DNA of 64,000 nt from Patescibacteria group bacterium (GTDB lineage: Bacteria > Patescibacteriota > Microgenomatia > Curtissbacterales > GWA2-41-24), in assembly GCA_038063735.1 (NCBI GenBank), contig JBBTUN010000002.1:13321-77320 (forward strand). The letters are read 5' to 3'. The notes under the pieces are model-generated. The model worked only from the letters and a program-made list of their open reading frames with translations, ran no database searches and was not told the DNA's origin. Shown one piece after another: positions 38,595-48,111 of the stretch (within the stretch, counting starts at the first letter, position 1; each line of letters starts with the position of its first letter). The position numbers were made by a program, and so were the translations under genes.

Positions 38595-39605
38595 ATGAGT
38601 TCTCCAAAAATTCTTCTGTTAATTGATGGGAATAATCTTTTCCATCGTGCGTATCATGCCTTGCCTGCATTAACTGACAAAACGGGTGAGAATGCCAACG
38701 CCGTTTTTGGATTTTCTAATATGCTGATTAGGGCAGTAAAGGAGGTCGAACCTACTTATATCGCCTGTGCATTTGATACCAAGGCGCCAACATTCCGCCA
38801 TGTAGAATTTGAGGCTTATAAAGCGCAAAGAAAAGCCCCGCCGGAGGATTTATATCCACAGCTGCCAAAAGTTAAGGCAGTATTGGATGCTTTTGGTGTT
38901 AAATATTTTGAAAAAGCGGGTTATGAAGCAGACGACATACTCGCGACTGTAGCGTCGCGAGCAGTTAATAGTTCACAGTTAATAGTTCACGGTAAGAAAA
39001 ATGAGAAAACTGTGAACCCCTCTGGAATCGGGGTAAACCGTGAACCGTCTACTGTTGACCAAGTGGTGATTCTTTCCGGCGACCGTGACCTACTTCAACT
39101 CGTTGATGGAAATATCAAGGTTCAGGCGCCCGGGTGGAACCTGAGCTCAACCACATTATATGGTTCAAAAGAGGTGGAAGAAAAGTTTGGAATCACACCC
39201 CTTCAAATGGTCGATTATAAGGCGATGATCGGAGACCCGAGTGATAACATTCCGGGGATTGCCGGCATTGGACCAAAAACGGCCTCGGCATTACTTCAAA
39301 AATACAAAACACTTGAGGGAATTTATGACAATATTGATGAAATTTCGGGAACAACAAAAGATAAGTTGGAAAAGGATAAAGAAATTGCCCTGGCTGCTAA
39401 AAAACTTGTTAAGCTGGATTGTAATGTAGATATTAGCTTTAAGCTGTCAGAGCTTAGATTTAATCCGGATTGGGAAAAAGTAATAAAAGAATTTGAAGGC
39501 TTGGGGTTTAAAAGTATTGTTGCTAAATTGCAAGGTAAAGCAGTGGGCAATGCAAAATCTGTACATGTTGCTGATAATAATAAAGACCAGCTTGAGTTAA
39601 TTTAA
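38595..39605 (+). CDS. Standalone 5'-3' exonuclease/FEN (Pol I N-terminal domain)
   Basis: LIDG..L.HRAYHA, YKA.R, GYEADD, SGDRD, GDPSDNIPG..GIG.KTA. Confidence 0.92.
   Translation: MSSPKILLLIDGNNLFHRAYHALPALTDKTGENANAVFGFSNMLIRAVKEVEPTYIACAFDTKAPTFRHVEFEAYKAQRKAPPEDLYPQLPKVKAVLDAFGVKYFEKAGYEADDILATVASRAVNSSQLIVHGKKNEKTVNPSGIGVNREPSTVDQVVILSGDRDLLQLVDGNIKVQAPGWNLSSTTLYGSKEVEEKFGITPLQMVDYKAMIGDPSDNIPGIAGIGPKTASALLQKYKTLEGIYDNIDEISGTTKDKLEKDKEIALAAKKLVKLDCNVDISFKLSELRFNPDWEKVIKEFEGLGFKSIVAKLQGKAVGNAKSVHVADNNKDQLELI
38962..39060. repeat. In-frame inverted heptamer array pair in the exonuclease
   Basis: agttaat agttcac agttaat agttcac ... tgtgaac..cgtgaac cgtctac tgttgac. Confidence 0.85.
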
Positions 39606-40286
39606 ATGATGGAAGGTCAAACAAAGAGAGAAACCGAAAAACAGCGCATTAACGCCATAATTTTTGATTTGGATGGTTTGCTTATCGACTCCGAACCTGT
39701 CTGGAATGATGCGTATGTGAAATTCATTTCTGTTAAAGGTCTTCCTGATGAGCCTGCTGTTTCTAGTCACTTTAGAGGAATGGGTATTAAAGAGATTGTT
39801 GGAATTTGGAAAAAAGAATATGGTTTGGAGGGAGAAATAGATCAGCTTGCAGCCGAATATAGGTCGTGTTTGTATGGGCTGATTTTAGAACCCGGAAGAC
39901 TTAAATTAATGGATGGTGCTACAGTTCTCCTTGAAAAATTGAAAGGGAAATATGTTCTTGGTGTGGCGACAAGTGGGCATCGTGATGAGATGGCGAGGAA
40001 GATTTTGGGATTGCTAGGTGTAGAAAATTATTTTGATCAAATAATTTCGGGGGATGATGTCACTCATGGCAAACCAGCTCCGGATGTCTATTTAGAAAGT
40101 GCGAGAAAGATTGCGCAGAGACCTATTAATTGTTTAGCTCTTGAGGATTCTGTAAACGGAGTGTTGTCAGGAAAGGCTTCAGGTATGAAAGTGATTGGGG
40201 TTAACGCAGATGAGAAACTAAGACAACAATTACAAGAAGCTGGGGCTGATGAAGTTTATAGTACCTTGGGGGATGTCCGGCTATGA
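39606..40286 (+). CDS. HAD-family phosphatase
   Basis: FDLDGLLIDSE, KPAPD, EDS..G. Confidence 0.92.
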   Translation: MMEGQTKRETEKQRINAIIFDLDGLLIDSEPVWNDAYVKFISVKGLPDEPAVSSHFRGMGIKEIVGIWKKEYGLEGEIDQLAAEYRSCLYGLILEPGRLKLMDGATVLLEKLKGKYVLGVATSGHRDEMARKILGLLGVENYFDQIISGDDVTHGKPAPDVYLESARKIAQRPINCLALEDSVNGVLSGKASGMKVIGVNADEKLRQQLQEAGADEVYSTLGDVRL

Positions 40287-41482
40287 AAGTAGCTCTAGTC
40301 CATGATTATTTAAACGAGTTTGGGGGTGCGGAGAGGGTGCTACTAGCATTGTCGGAGATTTATCCGGACGCGCCGATTTATACGGCTTTTTACCAGGAGG
40401 GATCTTCGGCTTACAAAAGGTTTAAAGGAAAAAAAATAATTACTTCCTGGGCACAGAATGTGCCATTTTTTGCAAGTAAATTACATAGTCCATTACGGTT
40501 TTTGGCCCCGTTTATTTGGAACAGTTTTGTCCACCAGCTGGCGGATTACGATGTGGTGATTGGTTCGAGTAGCTGGTACGTAACGAAGGGGTTCAAACGT
40601 ATCAAAAGTATCAAAGGTAACAAAAGTTTCGTTGAGATTTGTTATTGCCATACTCCGCCAAGGTATTTGTATGGATATCCTACTGCTTCAAATTTACAAA
40701 AGCATTTTTTGGTTAGGGTATATGCACTTTTGGTTAACCATTTTATGCGAGTTTATGATTTTGAGGCGGCGCAACGCGTTGACTGGTTTATTGCCAATTC
40801 CAAAGAGGTTGCAGGTAGGGTTAAGAAGTTTTATCGAAGAGAATCCACGGTGATTTATCCACCGGTGGATGTAAAAAAGTTCACAGTTAATAGTTCACAG
40901 TTAATAGTTAATAAAAATACTATGAACCATGAACCGTCAACTAATTACTTTCTGGTTGTTTCCCGGCTTGTGGCGGCGAAAAATGTAGACATTGCAGTGG
41001 AAGTTTGTACAAATTTGAAATTGCCTTTGAAAATAGTTGGAACGGGTAAGGAGATGCAAGCTCTTAAGGAGCTAGCAAGTTCACAGTCCTCAGTGAACGG
41101 TGAACAGTCAACAATTGAGTTTCTCGGTGATGTTAGTGATAGTGAACTGGTTGAGCTTTATCAAAATTGTCGTTCCTTAATTTTTTCCGGGAGCCAGGAA
41201 GATTTTGGGATTGTGCCGGTTGAGGCAATGGCCGCGGGTAAGCCTGTCATTGCTTTAGCGGAGGGCGGAATCAAGGAGACTGTAATTGATGGTAAAACCG
41301 GGCTTTGGGTAGAGGATTTGGCGCCGGGCGCATTTGTCATTGCCATTAATAAATTTTTGGAAATGGAGAAAAAGGGGCAGTGGGATAGCGAATTTATCCG
41401 CAAACACGCCCAAAAATTCAGCAAGGAACGTTTTAAGCGCGAAATTAAGAAATTTGTGGAAAGTAAGCACAAAAAAGCTTGA
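40283..41482 (+). CDS. GT4 glycosyltransferase (three repeat inserts)
   Basis: HDYL...GGAERV, YCHTPPR, EDFGIVPVEAMA.GKP. Confidence 0.93.
   Translation: MKVALVHDYLNEFGGAERVLLALSEIYPDAPIYTAFYQEGSSAYKRFKGKKIITSWAQNVPFFASKLHSPLRFLAPFIWNSFVHQLADYDVVIGSSSWYVTKGFKRIKSIKGNKSFVEICYCHTPPRYLYGYPTASNLQKHFLVRVYALLVNHFMRVYDFEAAQRVDWFIANSKEVAGRVKKFYRRESTVIYPPVDVKKFTVNSSQLIVNKNTMNHEPSTNYFLVVSRLVAAKNVDIAVEVCTNLKLPLKIVGTGKEMQALKELASSQSSVNGEQSTIEFLGDVSDSELVELYQNCRSLIFSGSQEDFGIVPVEAMAAGKPVIALAEGGIKETVIDGKTGLWVEDLAPGAFVIAINKFLEMEKKGQWDSEFIRKHAQKFSKERFKREIKKFVESKHKKA
40878..40949. repeat. In-frame inverted heptamer array pair in the GT4 gene
   Basis: agttcac agttaat agttcac agttaat ... tatgaac catgaac cgtcaac; same units as 38962. 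Confidence 0.85.
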
Positions 41483-42273
41483 ATATGACTGGAAATGCCC
41501 CAATCCTTGAAGTAAAAAACCTGGTCAAAAATTTTGCTACGTATTGTGCTGTCGACGACATCTCTTTTTCTGTTGGAGAAGGCGAAATTTTGGGTTTTTT
41601 GGGACCAAATGGAGCTGGGAAGAGCACGACAATAAATTGCTTGCTTGGAGTTGTTGAGAAAGACAATGGACAGATAAAGATGTTTGGCCTGGATGTTGCA
41701 AAACATCGGGTCAGTGTAATGCAAAATGTGAATTATTGTTCTGCGGAATATGTTTTACCTTGGAACTTAACATTGTACGAAAATTTGTTAGTTTACGCTA
41801 AATTGTATGAAGTAAAAAAAGCCAAACAACGAGTCTTGGAGGTTTTAGAAGAGCTAGAAATGACAGATATGAGAAATACAATAATAAGAAGTCTTTCCTT
41901 AGGCCAGCGGGCGAGAGCTAACTTTTGCAAGGCACTTATAAACAGGCCTAAGCTGTTGCTTTTGGATGAACCAATGGCGTCGATGGATCCGGATGTAGTT
42001 GACCGTGGTATAAACTTGATTAAAAAGATACAAAAAGAGGAAAAAATGACAATTTTATATACGTCTCACAACATGTGGGAAATTGAACAAGTTGCCGATA
42101 ATGTTGTTTTTATTAATCATGGCAAAATAATTGCTCAAGGTAGCCCACTTGAATTAACGAGGCAGGAATTGGCACTCGAAGCAAAAGAACCGAATTTGCG
42201 GGAGGTATTCATACAGCTTTCAAGAAAAAAGCTCAGTAGGGATTCTGGAGGGGATAAAGATGTCTCGAGATAG
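41479..42273 (+). CDS. ABC-2 transporter ATP-binding subunit
   Basis: GPNGAGKS, LSLGQ, LLDEP, TSH. Confidence 0.92.
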   Translation: MNMTGNAPILEVKNLVKNFATYCAVDDISFSVGEGEILGFLGPNGAGKSTTINCLLGVVEKDNGQIKMFGLDVAKHRVSVMQNVNYCSAEYVLPWNLTLYENLLVYAKLYEVKKAKQRVLEVLEELEMTDMRNTIIRSLSLGQRARANFCKALINRPKLLLLDEPMASMDPDVVDRGINLIKKIQKEEKMTILYTSHNMWEIEQVADNVVFINHGKIIAQGSPLELTRQELALEAKEPNLREVFIQLSRKKLSRDSGGDKDVSR

Positions 42274-43036
42274 AATTTACGCAATGTTACTCCGGCATTA
42301 TTTTCTGACTACTCATCATTTGGAGCGATTTGCCGACTTGTTGATATTTCCAATTGTGGGGCTTGTTATGTGGGGATTTTTAGCAAATTACATTCAGGTA
42401 CAATCATCATCTTTGGCTGCCTTTTTTTTGGGTGGAATGATTTTATGGGTTATTTTTGAACGGGTTGGAACATCCATTGGGATTGATTTTATGTATGAAC
42501 TTTGGGAAAAAAATTTGGTTAATATACTGGCTAGCCCAATTACTACTGTTGAGCTTATTTTTAGTTTGGTTTTGGTATCGGTTACAAAAGTTCTGATTTC
42601 TTTTGCTGCAATGGTAGTTTTGGCAATATTATTTTATGGATTTAATATTTTTTCGTTGGGTTTTATGTTGATACTTTTTTGGATTAATTTAATATTATTT
42701 GCGGTGTCCCTTGGAGTTTTTAGTATAGGTTTAATTACAAGGTGGGGGCATTCTGCCGGCCCTTTAACTTGGGTTTTGCCTTTTATGATTCAGCCATTTG
42801 CTGCTGTTTTTTATCCCGTTCGTGTGCTACCTCAGTTTTTCCAAAAATTGGTTTGGTTTTTGCCGATCTCCCATGTATTTGAAGGTATGCGTTATACTTT
42901 TGAGACGAAAATGTTTAATTCGGGCGAATTTTTTATATCTTTAGGACTAAACGTTATTTATTTTTCTATGGCTGTTGCCTTTTTTACCTATATGCTAAGA
43001 GGATCGAGAAGGAAAGGGACACTTGCCAAGCTTTAA
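42260..43036 (+). CDS. ABC-2 transporter permease
   Basis: Six TMs; FYPV..LP...Q......P. Confidence 0.88.
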   Translation: MSRDRIYAMLLRHYFLTTHHLERFADLLIFPIVGLVMWGFLANYIQVQSSSLAAFFLGGMILWVIFERVGTSIGIDFMYELWEKNLVNILASPITTVELIFSLVLVSVTKVLISFAAMVVLAILFYGFNIFSLGFMLILFWINLILFAVSLGVFSIGLITRWGHSAGPLTWVLPFMIQPFAAVFYPVRVLPQFFQKLVWFLPISHVFEGMRYTFETKMFNSGEFFISLGLNVIYFSMAVAFFTYMLRGSRRKGTLAKL

Positions 43037-43038
43037 AA

Positions 43039-43950
43039 ATGCCTGAATTACCCGAAGTAACGGTTGTAGTTAATAGTTTGAATAATGCAATAAAGGGCTT
43101 AACTTTTGATTCAGTTGAATACGACTGGAAGCCGAAGTTTTATTGGAATGGATTTTCGATAAAAGATTTAAAAGGGGCAAAAGTAAAGGATGTCCGTAGG
43201 TGGGGGAAAGTGATTGTAATTGATCTAGAGACAAGCAAAAAGCAAAAAGCAAAAAGTAGAGGTATGTCGATAGTTATCCACCTTAAATTGACCGGGCAGC
43301 TGGTCTATCAGGACAAAAGGATAAGGGTGGGCGGTGGACATCCTATTCCGCCTCTTAATAAACCTGTTCCAAATGGTACTACCCGGGCTACTTTTGCTTT
43401 TACAAATGGAGGACATTTGTATTTTAACGACATGCGTAAGTTTGGATGGGTAAAGATAGTTGCAAGCGATGAGCGATCTATAAAGGACGCTATCGGAAAG
43501 ATTGAGCTGGGGCCAGACCCAATGACGATGAAATTTGAAGAATTTCGCCAAAGGCTAAAGGCCAAAGGCCAAAGGCGGATAAAACAATTATTAATGGATC
43601 AGGCTTTTGTTGCCGGAGTTGGCAATATTTACAGTGATGAAGCTTTGTGGCGTGCTAAGGTGCACCCAAAAAGGTCTGTTGTGAGTTTAACTGATGCTGA
43701 AATAAAGGCAATATTTAAAGGTTTGATTGACAGTTTTAATTTGGCTATAGAAAAAGGCGGATCTAGCGCTAATTCTTTTGTAGATGGTCGAGGCGAAAAA
43801 GGACTCTATCTTAGTTTTGCAAATGCTTATCATATGACCGGTACGCCATGTAAGCGCTGCAAAACACCAATTGTGCGCGAAAAAATGGATGGCAGGAGTG
43901 CACACTACTGTCCAAATTGTCAAAAGTTGCAACAGCAACTGTTGGTATAG
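43039..43950 (+). CDS. mutM: Formamidopyrimidine-DNA glycosylase
   Basis: MPELPEV, HL..TG, AGVGNIY.DE, C-terminal CxxC..CxxC. Confidence 0.96.
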   Translation: MPELPEVTVVVNSLNNAIKGLTFDSVEYDWKPKFYWNGFSIKDLKGAKVKDVRRWGKVIVIDLETSKKQKAKSRGMSIVIHLKLTGQLVYQDKRIRVGGGHPIPPLNKPVPNGTTRATFAFTNGGHLYFNDMRKFGWVKIVASDERSIKDAIGKIELGPDPMTMKFEEFRQRLKAKGQRRIKQLLMDQAFVAGVGNIYSDEALWRAKVHPKRSVVSLTDAEIKAIFKGLIDSFNLAIEKGGSSANSFVDGRGEKGLYLSFANAYHMTGTPCKRCKTPIVREKMDGRSAHYCPNCQKLQQQLLV

Positions 43951-44007
43951 TGCCTAAAATGCACTATATACAACAATTGTCACATCAGTCGAAGTTAACT
44001 TAAATAA

Positions 44008-45240
44008 ATGCCGTTTTTGCCAAAAACCTACTTAGCACTTTTTAAAAATCGTGATTTTTTTATTCTGTCAGCAATAATTTTTTTTGGTCAAGCAGCGTCT
44101 GCTTTTTTAGTGCTGACGCTTATTATTTCTGTATTTTTAAAAACCGGTAGCAATATCGGAGTATCCGGAGTAGTTCTTTCCTTTACAATCCCTTCATTTT
44201 TTTTGATGGCATTTTCTGGGCTGCTTGCCGATATTTTTGATCGCAGAAAAACGATAATTTTTGCCAATGTGTTTATTACACTGGTTGTTCTTATGATTAT
44301 TTACACTCAAAAGGCTGTTTATGCTTCTATCCCCTTGTCCTTTTTATATTTTGCAGGGAACTCTTTTTTTATACCGGCGTCCAGTGCTGCGACTGCACAA
44401 CTTGTCAAAAAGAATGAGTTACTGGTTGCCAATTCTATTTTTATATTTAATTTGGCTGGGGGTGTTCTTTTGGGTCTTTTTGCGGCGGCTGTCGTTTATT
44501 TTTTCTTTGGGGCATATGTGACACTTGTGATTTGTGAAGTGTTTTTGCTGGTCGCGGCAGTACTTTCATTCTTTTTACCAAAACTTGTACCTCTTGAAAA
44601 AAGTGAAGATTCTTTTCGAAAGCGCGTTAGTAATATTTGGGACGGTTTTGTCTATATGTTTAAATCCCGAACAGTCTGGTTCTTTTTTGTAGCTTTTGCG
44701 GCAATACAGGGTGTAATTGTTTTTGGAATAACCTTGGCGCCTGGCTTTTTTACAGAAATAGTCGGAATTTCTATTGAAAAAGCTTTAGTTTTCGTTTTCC
44801 CGCTTATCACCGTGGGGGTCCTGTTTGGCATTGGGGTTATTAATAAACCTAAAATTAACGAACTGTCCCTCTTGTCGCTTGGAAATTTGGTGATGGGTGC
44901 AAGCCTCTTTTTTTATGGTATTTCTTTAAAAATTCAACTGTTTTCCAGATTGGCACTGGCTTTTTTGGCTGTGCCATTTTTAATTGGTTTAGGGTTTGGG
45001 ACTATCCTTATTATGATTGCCTCCCGGACTGTTCTTCAAAAAAAAATACCGCACACTCACCAGGGGACAGTTTTTGGGGCAAATATAATACTGGCATCGC
45101 TATTCGCCGCATTTGCATCTCCACTTGCAGTAATGTTTGAGGTTATTTTTGGCTATTTGGGCACTTTGGTGTTGGGGGGAACTGCTTTAGGGTTTTCTGG
45201 AGCGCTTTTTATTTATTTGGGTAAAAAGTGGAAATATTAA
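44008..45240 (+). CDS. MFS transporter
   Basis: About 12 TMs; G.LAD.FDRR motif A. Confidence 0.88.
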   Translation: MPFLPKTYLALFKNRDFFILSAIIFFGQAASAFLVLTLIISVFLKTGSNIGVSGVVLSFTIPSFFLMAFSGLLADIFDRRKTIIFANVFITLVVLMIIYTQKAVYASIPLSFLYFAGNSFFIPASSAATAQLVKKNELLVANSIFIFNLAGGVLLGLFAAAVVYFFFGAYVTLVICEVFLLVAAVLSFFLPKLVPLEKSEDSFRKRVSNIWDGFVYMFKSRTVWFFFVAFAAIQGVIVFGITLAPGFFTEIVGISIEKALVFVFPLITVGVLFGIGVINKPKINELSLLSLGNLVMGASLFFYGISLKIQLFSRLALAFLAVPFLIGLGFGTILIMIASRTVLQKKIPHTHQGTVFGANIILASLFAAFASPLAVMFEVIFGYLGTLVLGGTALGFSGALFIYLGKKWKY

Positions 45241-45304
45241 AAAGTGATAGAGATATTAAGGGTCAGAGTGTGAGAGAGAGAAGAGTTATAATTCCCCTAA
45301 AATA

Positions 45305-46468
45305 ATGCGCATAGATTCTCTTAAGCTTACGAACTACCGGAATTTTACTGCTCAGAAGATATCGTTTGACGGAAAACTCACAGCGATTGTGGGTAAAAAC
45401 GGTGCCGGTAAAAGCAATATTTTAGAGGCTGTCGCTATGCTATCCGGAATTAGGCCGATAAGGGTAGAAACGGATTTGGATTTAGTCCGTTTTGGGGCAG
45501 AAAGTGCCAAAGTTGAAGGGGAAATTTCTTCTGAGGGTGACACCAAAAGTTTAATAGTTAACCTACAAGTTATAGATAGGCGAGTTGGTAAGTCTTTTTA
45601 TATAGGTGCATTTAAAAAGAGGCTCGTGGATTTTGTGGAAGTTTTTTCTATAGTTGTTTTCGAGCCAAGTGATTTAGATTTGGTTTCCGGTTCTCCGTCT
45701 TTGCGTCGTCGTCACCTGGACAGGTTTTTATCATCCATTGACGGTAAATACTGGAGAAGTGTCAGCGCTTATGGAAAGATTGTGACGAGAAGAAATAAGA
45801 TTTTGGGAAGAATTGGAGAAGGCAGGGCGAAACCTTTGGAGCTTGGTTTTTGGGACTCACGCCTCTTGGAGCACGGAAAGTATGTTTCGAAAGTGCGTGA
45901 GGAGTTTTTTGAGTTTTTGAATTTTGTCGAAGCGGTTAATGACTCGGGTCCTGTCAGTTCTTTCCTTCCCACTCCTTCGATCGTCTCAGGACAAGCAGTG
46001 CAGCGCGTTTATCCTGAGCGAAGTCGAAGGGCTGTCGGGAACCCTTCTAGAACTGCCACCCGCGAAAATATTAGCGGATTTTTCTGGAACTTAAAGCAGA
46101 GTGTTTTAACTGAGGAGAAGCTCAAGAATAATAGAGAGCGCGATATTGCAGCAGGCATTACGCTTTCTGGCCCGCATCGCGATGATTTCAGATTTGTTCA
46201 CAAAAAACGCGATTTGGAGTTTTTCGGTTCTCGCGGGCAGCAGCGTATGGCAGTTTTGGCACTAAAGCTTGCAGAGCTTGAGTACCACCGTGTCAAGCGC
46301 GGGCAACGGCCGGTACTAGCGCTGGATGATATTTTTTCGGAATTGGATTGGGAGCACAGGAATACTGTTTTGTCGGTAATATCAAATCAACAAACAATTA
46401 TTACGGCAGCGGAAAAAGAATCCATCCCGAGGGAAATTTTCAAAAAGGCAAAGATTGTGGAACTGTAA
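45305..46468 (+). CDS. recF: DNA repair protein RecF (with insert)
   Basis: YRN, G.NGAGKSN.LEA, GPHRDD, SRGQQR, LDDIFSELD. Confidence 0.96.
   Translation: MRIDSLKLTNYRNFTAQKISFDGKLTAIVGKNGAGKSNILEAVAMLSGIRPIRVETDLDLVRFGAESAKVEGEISSEGDTKSLIVNLQVIDRRVGKSFYIGAFKKRLVDFVEVFSIVVFEPSDLDLVSGSPSLRRRHLDRFLSSIDGKYWRSVSAYGKIVTRRNKILGRIGEGRAKPLELGFWDSRLLEHGKYVSKVREEFFEFLNFVEAVNDSGPVSSFLPTPSIVSGQAVQRVYPERSRRAVGNPSRTATRENISGFFWNLKQSVLTEEKLKNNRERDIAAGITLSGPHRDDFRFVHKKRDLEFFGSRGQQRMAVLALKLAELEYHRVKRGQRPVLALDDIFSELDWEHRNTVLSVISNQQTIITAAEKESIPREIFKKAKIVEL
45946..46061 (+). mobile_element. 116-nt family D element containing two opposed 24-nt family B copies, in frame in recF
   Basis: gggtcctgtcagttct...agaactgccaccc; B copies at 45972-45995 (+) and 46008-46031 (-). 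Confidence 0.85.
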
Positions 46469-46494
46469 GGACATTATCTGTATAATTCTCGTTT

Positions 46495-48057
46495 ATGGTT
46501 GAGCATAATGATTTACGGTTTGAAGTTGGACCGACTTCCCAGGAGAGTGATAAACAGGGGTCAAATAAAAAACAAGCGAATCGTGTAGTTTATGCAGGCT
46601 GCGCTGTGGTGATTGGAGGATTTGCTGGAATCTCGGGTTTGGCTGGATATGGTTCTTATCGTCTTGTGAAAGATAATGAACCTCGAGTTCAATATAGTTA
46701 TTCATATCAACCTTTGAATGAGAGACCAATTGATCGCTTGGAAGAGTATATAAAATTTCCCGTTGATAATCCTCCAAAACCGGAAATTGTAAAACAATAT
46801 TTAATTAATAATTACTATTTGGGCAGAATTGGTCTTGATACTTTTTCTGATTTTGAATTAAAAACAGAAAAAAGTGATGAAATTAAAAAGACAATTAGCG
46901 AAAAGCGAATCAAACTCGCATTTTTAGGTGCTGAGATTTTAGCCAAAGAGGTTCCTAATAAAAATATAGCATTTGATGAAAAAAATGGCATTATTACGTT
47001 TGAGGGTAGATATTTTGATGTTAAAAACCCTAGACACTTATTTATCTTAGATGAGTTAATTGAGCAGAATTTATATTTGTTAGATTCCGATAAAAGTCCA
47101 CAAGAAAAATATAAGGCGAGTTTATGGATAGAGGATTTGAACTGGCTTGCAGACTCTCAAGTTCCGGTACAATTTGAAGCAAATGATATTGGTTACCCTG
47201 CAGACGGCTCACTACGAGCGCTTGCAAGGTTTTACAGGACATTGGATGGTGTTGGTATTAAAAATCTTCCCAAAAAAATTATATATGTGCCTTATTTGAT
47301 GGATAAAGACACTGGTTATGCAGGTGGAATTTATAGAAGTGAAAATCAGGAAATAGATGTGTCAGAAAGTTCTGGGCCGGATACGATACCCCACGAAGAA
47401 GGGCATCATCAAGCATATAAAAATGCTGATTTTAACCAGGATAAATACAACCAGCTTGTAGCGGAGGCAAAGGCAAAAACCAAAAACGGTTATGACGAAA
47501 AAGACGTTTATATTACACCAGGGGTTATAGATGCCGGTAAAATGAGGAGTAATGTAGAGGTTGAGGATTATGCCGAAACAATGGGGGCATATTTTTGGGA
47601 TGGTGTGGCTTTTAGGCGCAGGATTCAGGAATTGAAATATGCAAAAAGTGATGCTGCAATCGTTCTTGAAGCAAAATATGATTTTGCAAAATTGTTTTTC
47701 AAAGGACTGGAGTTTACAAAAGAAGGCGAAGTTTTTAGTGTGCAGATAGGGGATGTTTTTGCAATTTCAGACTCTGATCCGGTAAAAGAACCGATTCCTT
47801 TGCGCCAGGAACCTATGCAAAATACTGTAAAAACTTATTATGTTTTAGATACAAATTCGGTAAAAATACTTGAAGGACCCATTACGACAATATTTAGAGA
47901 AGAAGAGGTAATAATGTGGAAGGTTGAGATTAGTAGTAAAGAGAAAGACGTTGGGTTTGTAGAAAAGCATGATGCTGGTCAAGGCTGGATTTCAGAGGGT
48001 TGGTTTGGGGAACAAGTTTGGGCAAACGTTGCGGAACTTTTTAAGAGTGAGAAGTAA
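46495..48057 (+). CDS. Membrane-anchored putative zincin metallopeptidase
   Basis: N-terminal TM; HEEGH plus downstream EDYAE; C-terminal W..GWI, SH3-like. Confidence 0.55.
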   Translation: MVEHNDLRFEVGPTSQESDKQGSNKKQANRVVYAGCAVVIGGFAGISGLAGYGSYRLVKDNEPRVQYSYSYQPLNERPIDRLEEYIKFPVDNPPKPEIVKQYLINNYYLGRIGLDTFSDFELKTEKSDEIKKTISEKRIKLAFLGAEILAKEVPNKNIAFDEKNGIITFEGRYFDVKNPRHLFILDELIEQNLYLLDSDKSPQEKYKASLWIEDLNWLADSQVPVQFEANDIGYPADGSLRALARFYRTLDGVGIKNLPKKIIYVPYLMDKDTGYAGGIYRSENQEIDVSESSGPDTIPHEEGHHQAYKNADFNQDKYNQLVAEAKAKTKNGYDEKDVYITPGVIDAGKMRSNVEVEDYAETMGAYFWDGVAFRRRIQELKYAKSDAAIVLEAKYDFAKLFFKGLEFTKEGEVFSVQIGDVFAISDSDPVKEPIPLRQEPMQNTVKTYYVLDTNSVKILEGPITTIFREEEVIMWKVEISSKEKDVGFVEKHDAGQGWISEGWFGEQVWANVAELFKSEK

Positions 48058-48111
48058 TTTGAGCTTCTGAGCGTTGATTTTTGTTTTTATTTAACGCATA
48101 ATTAACGCATA

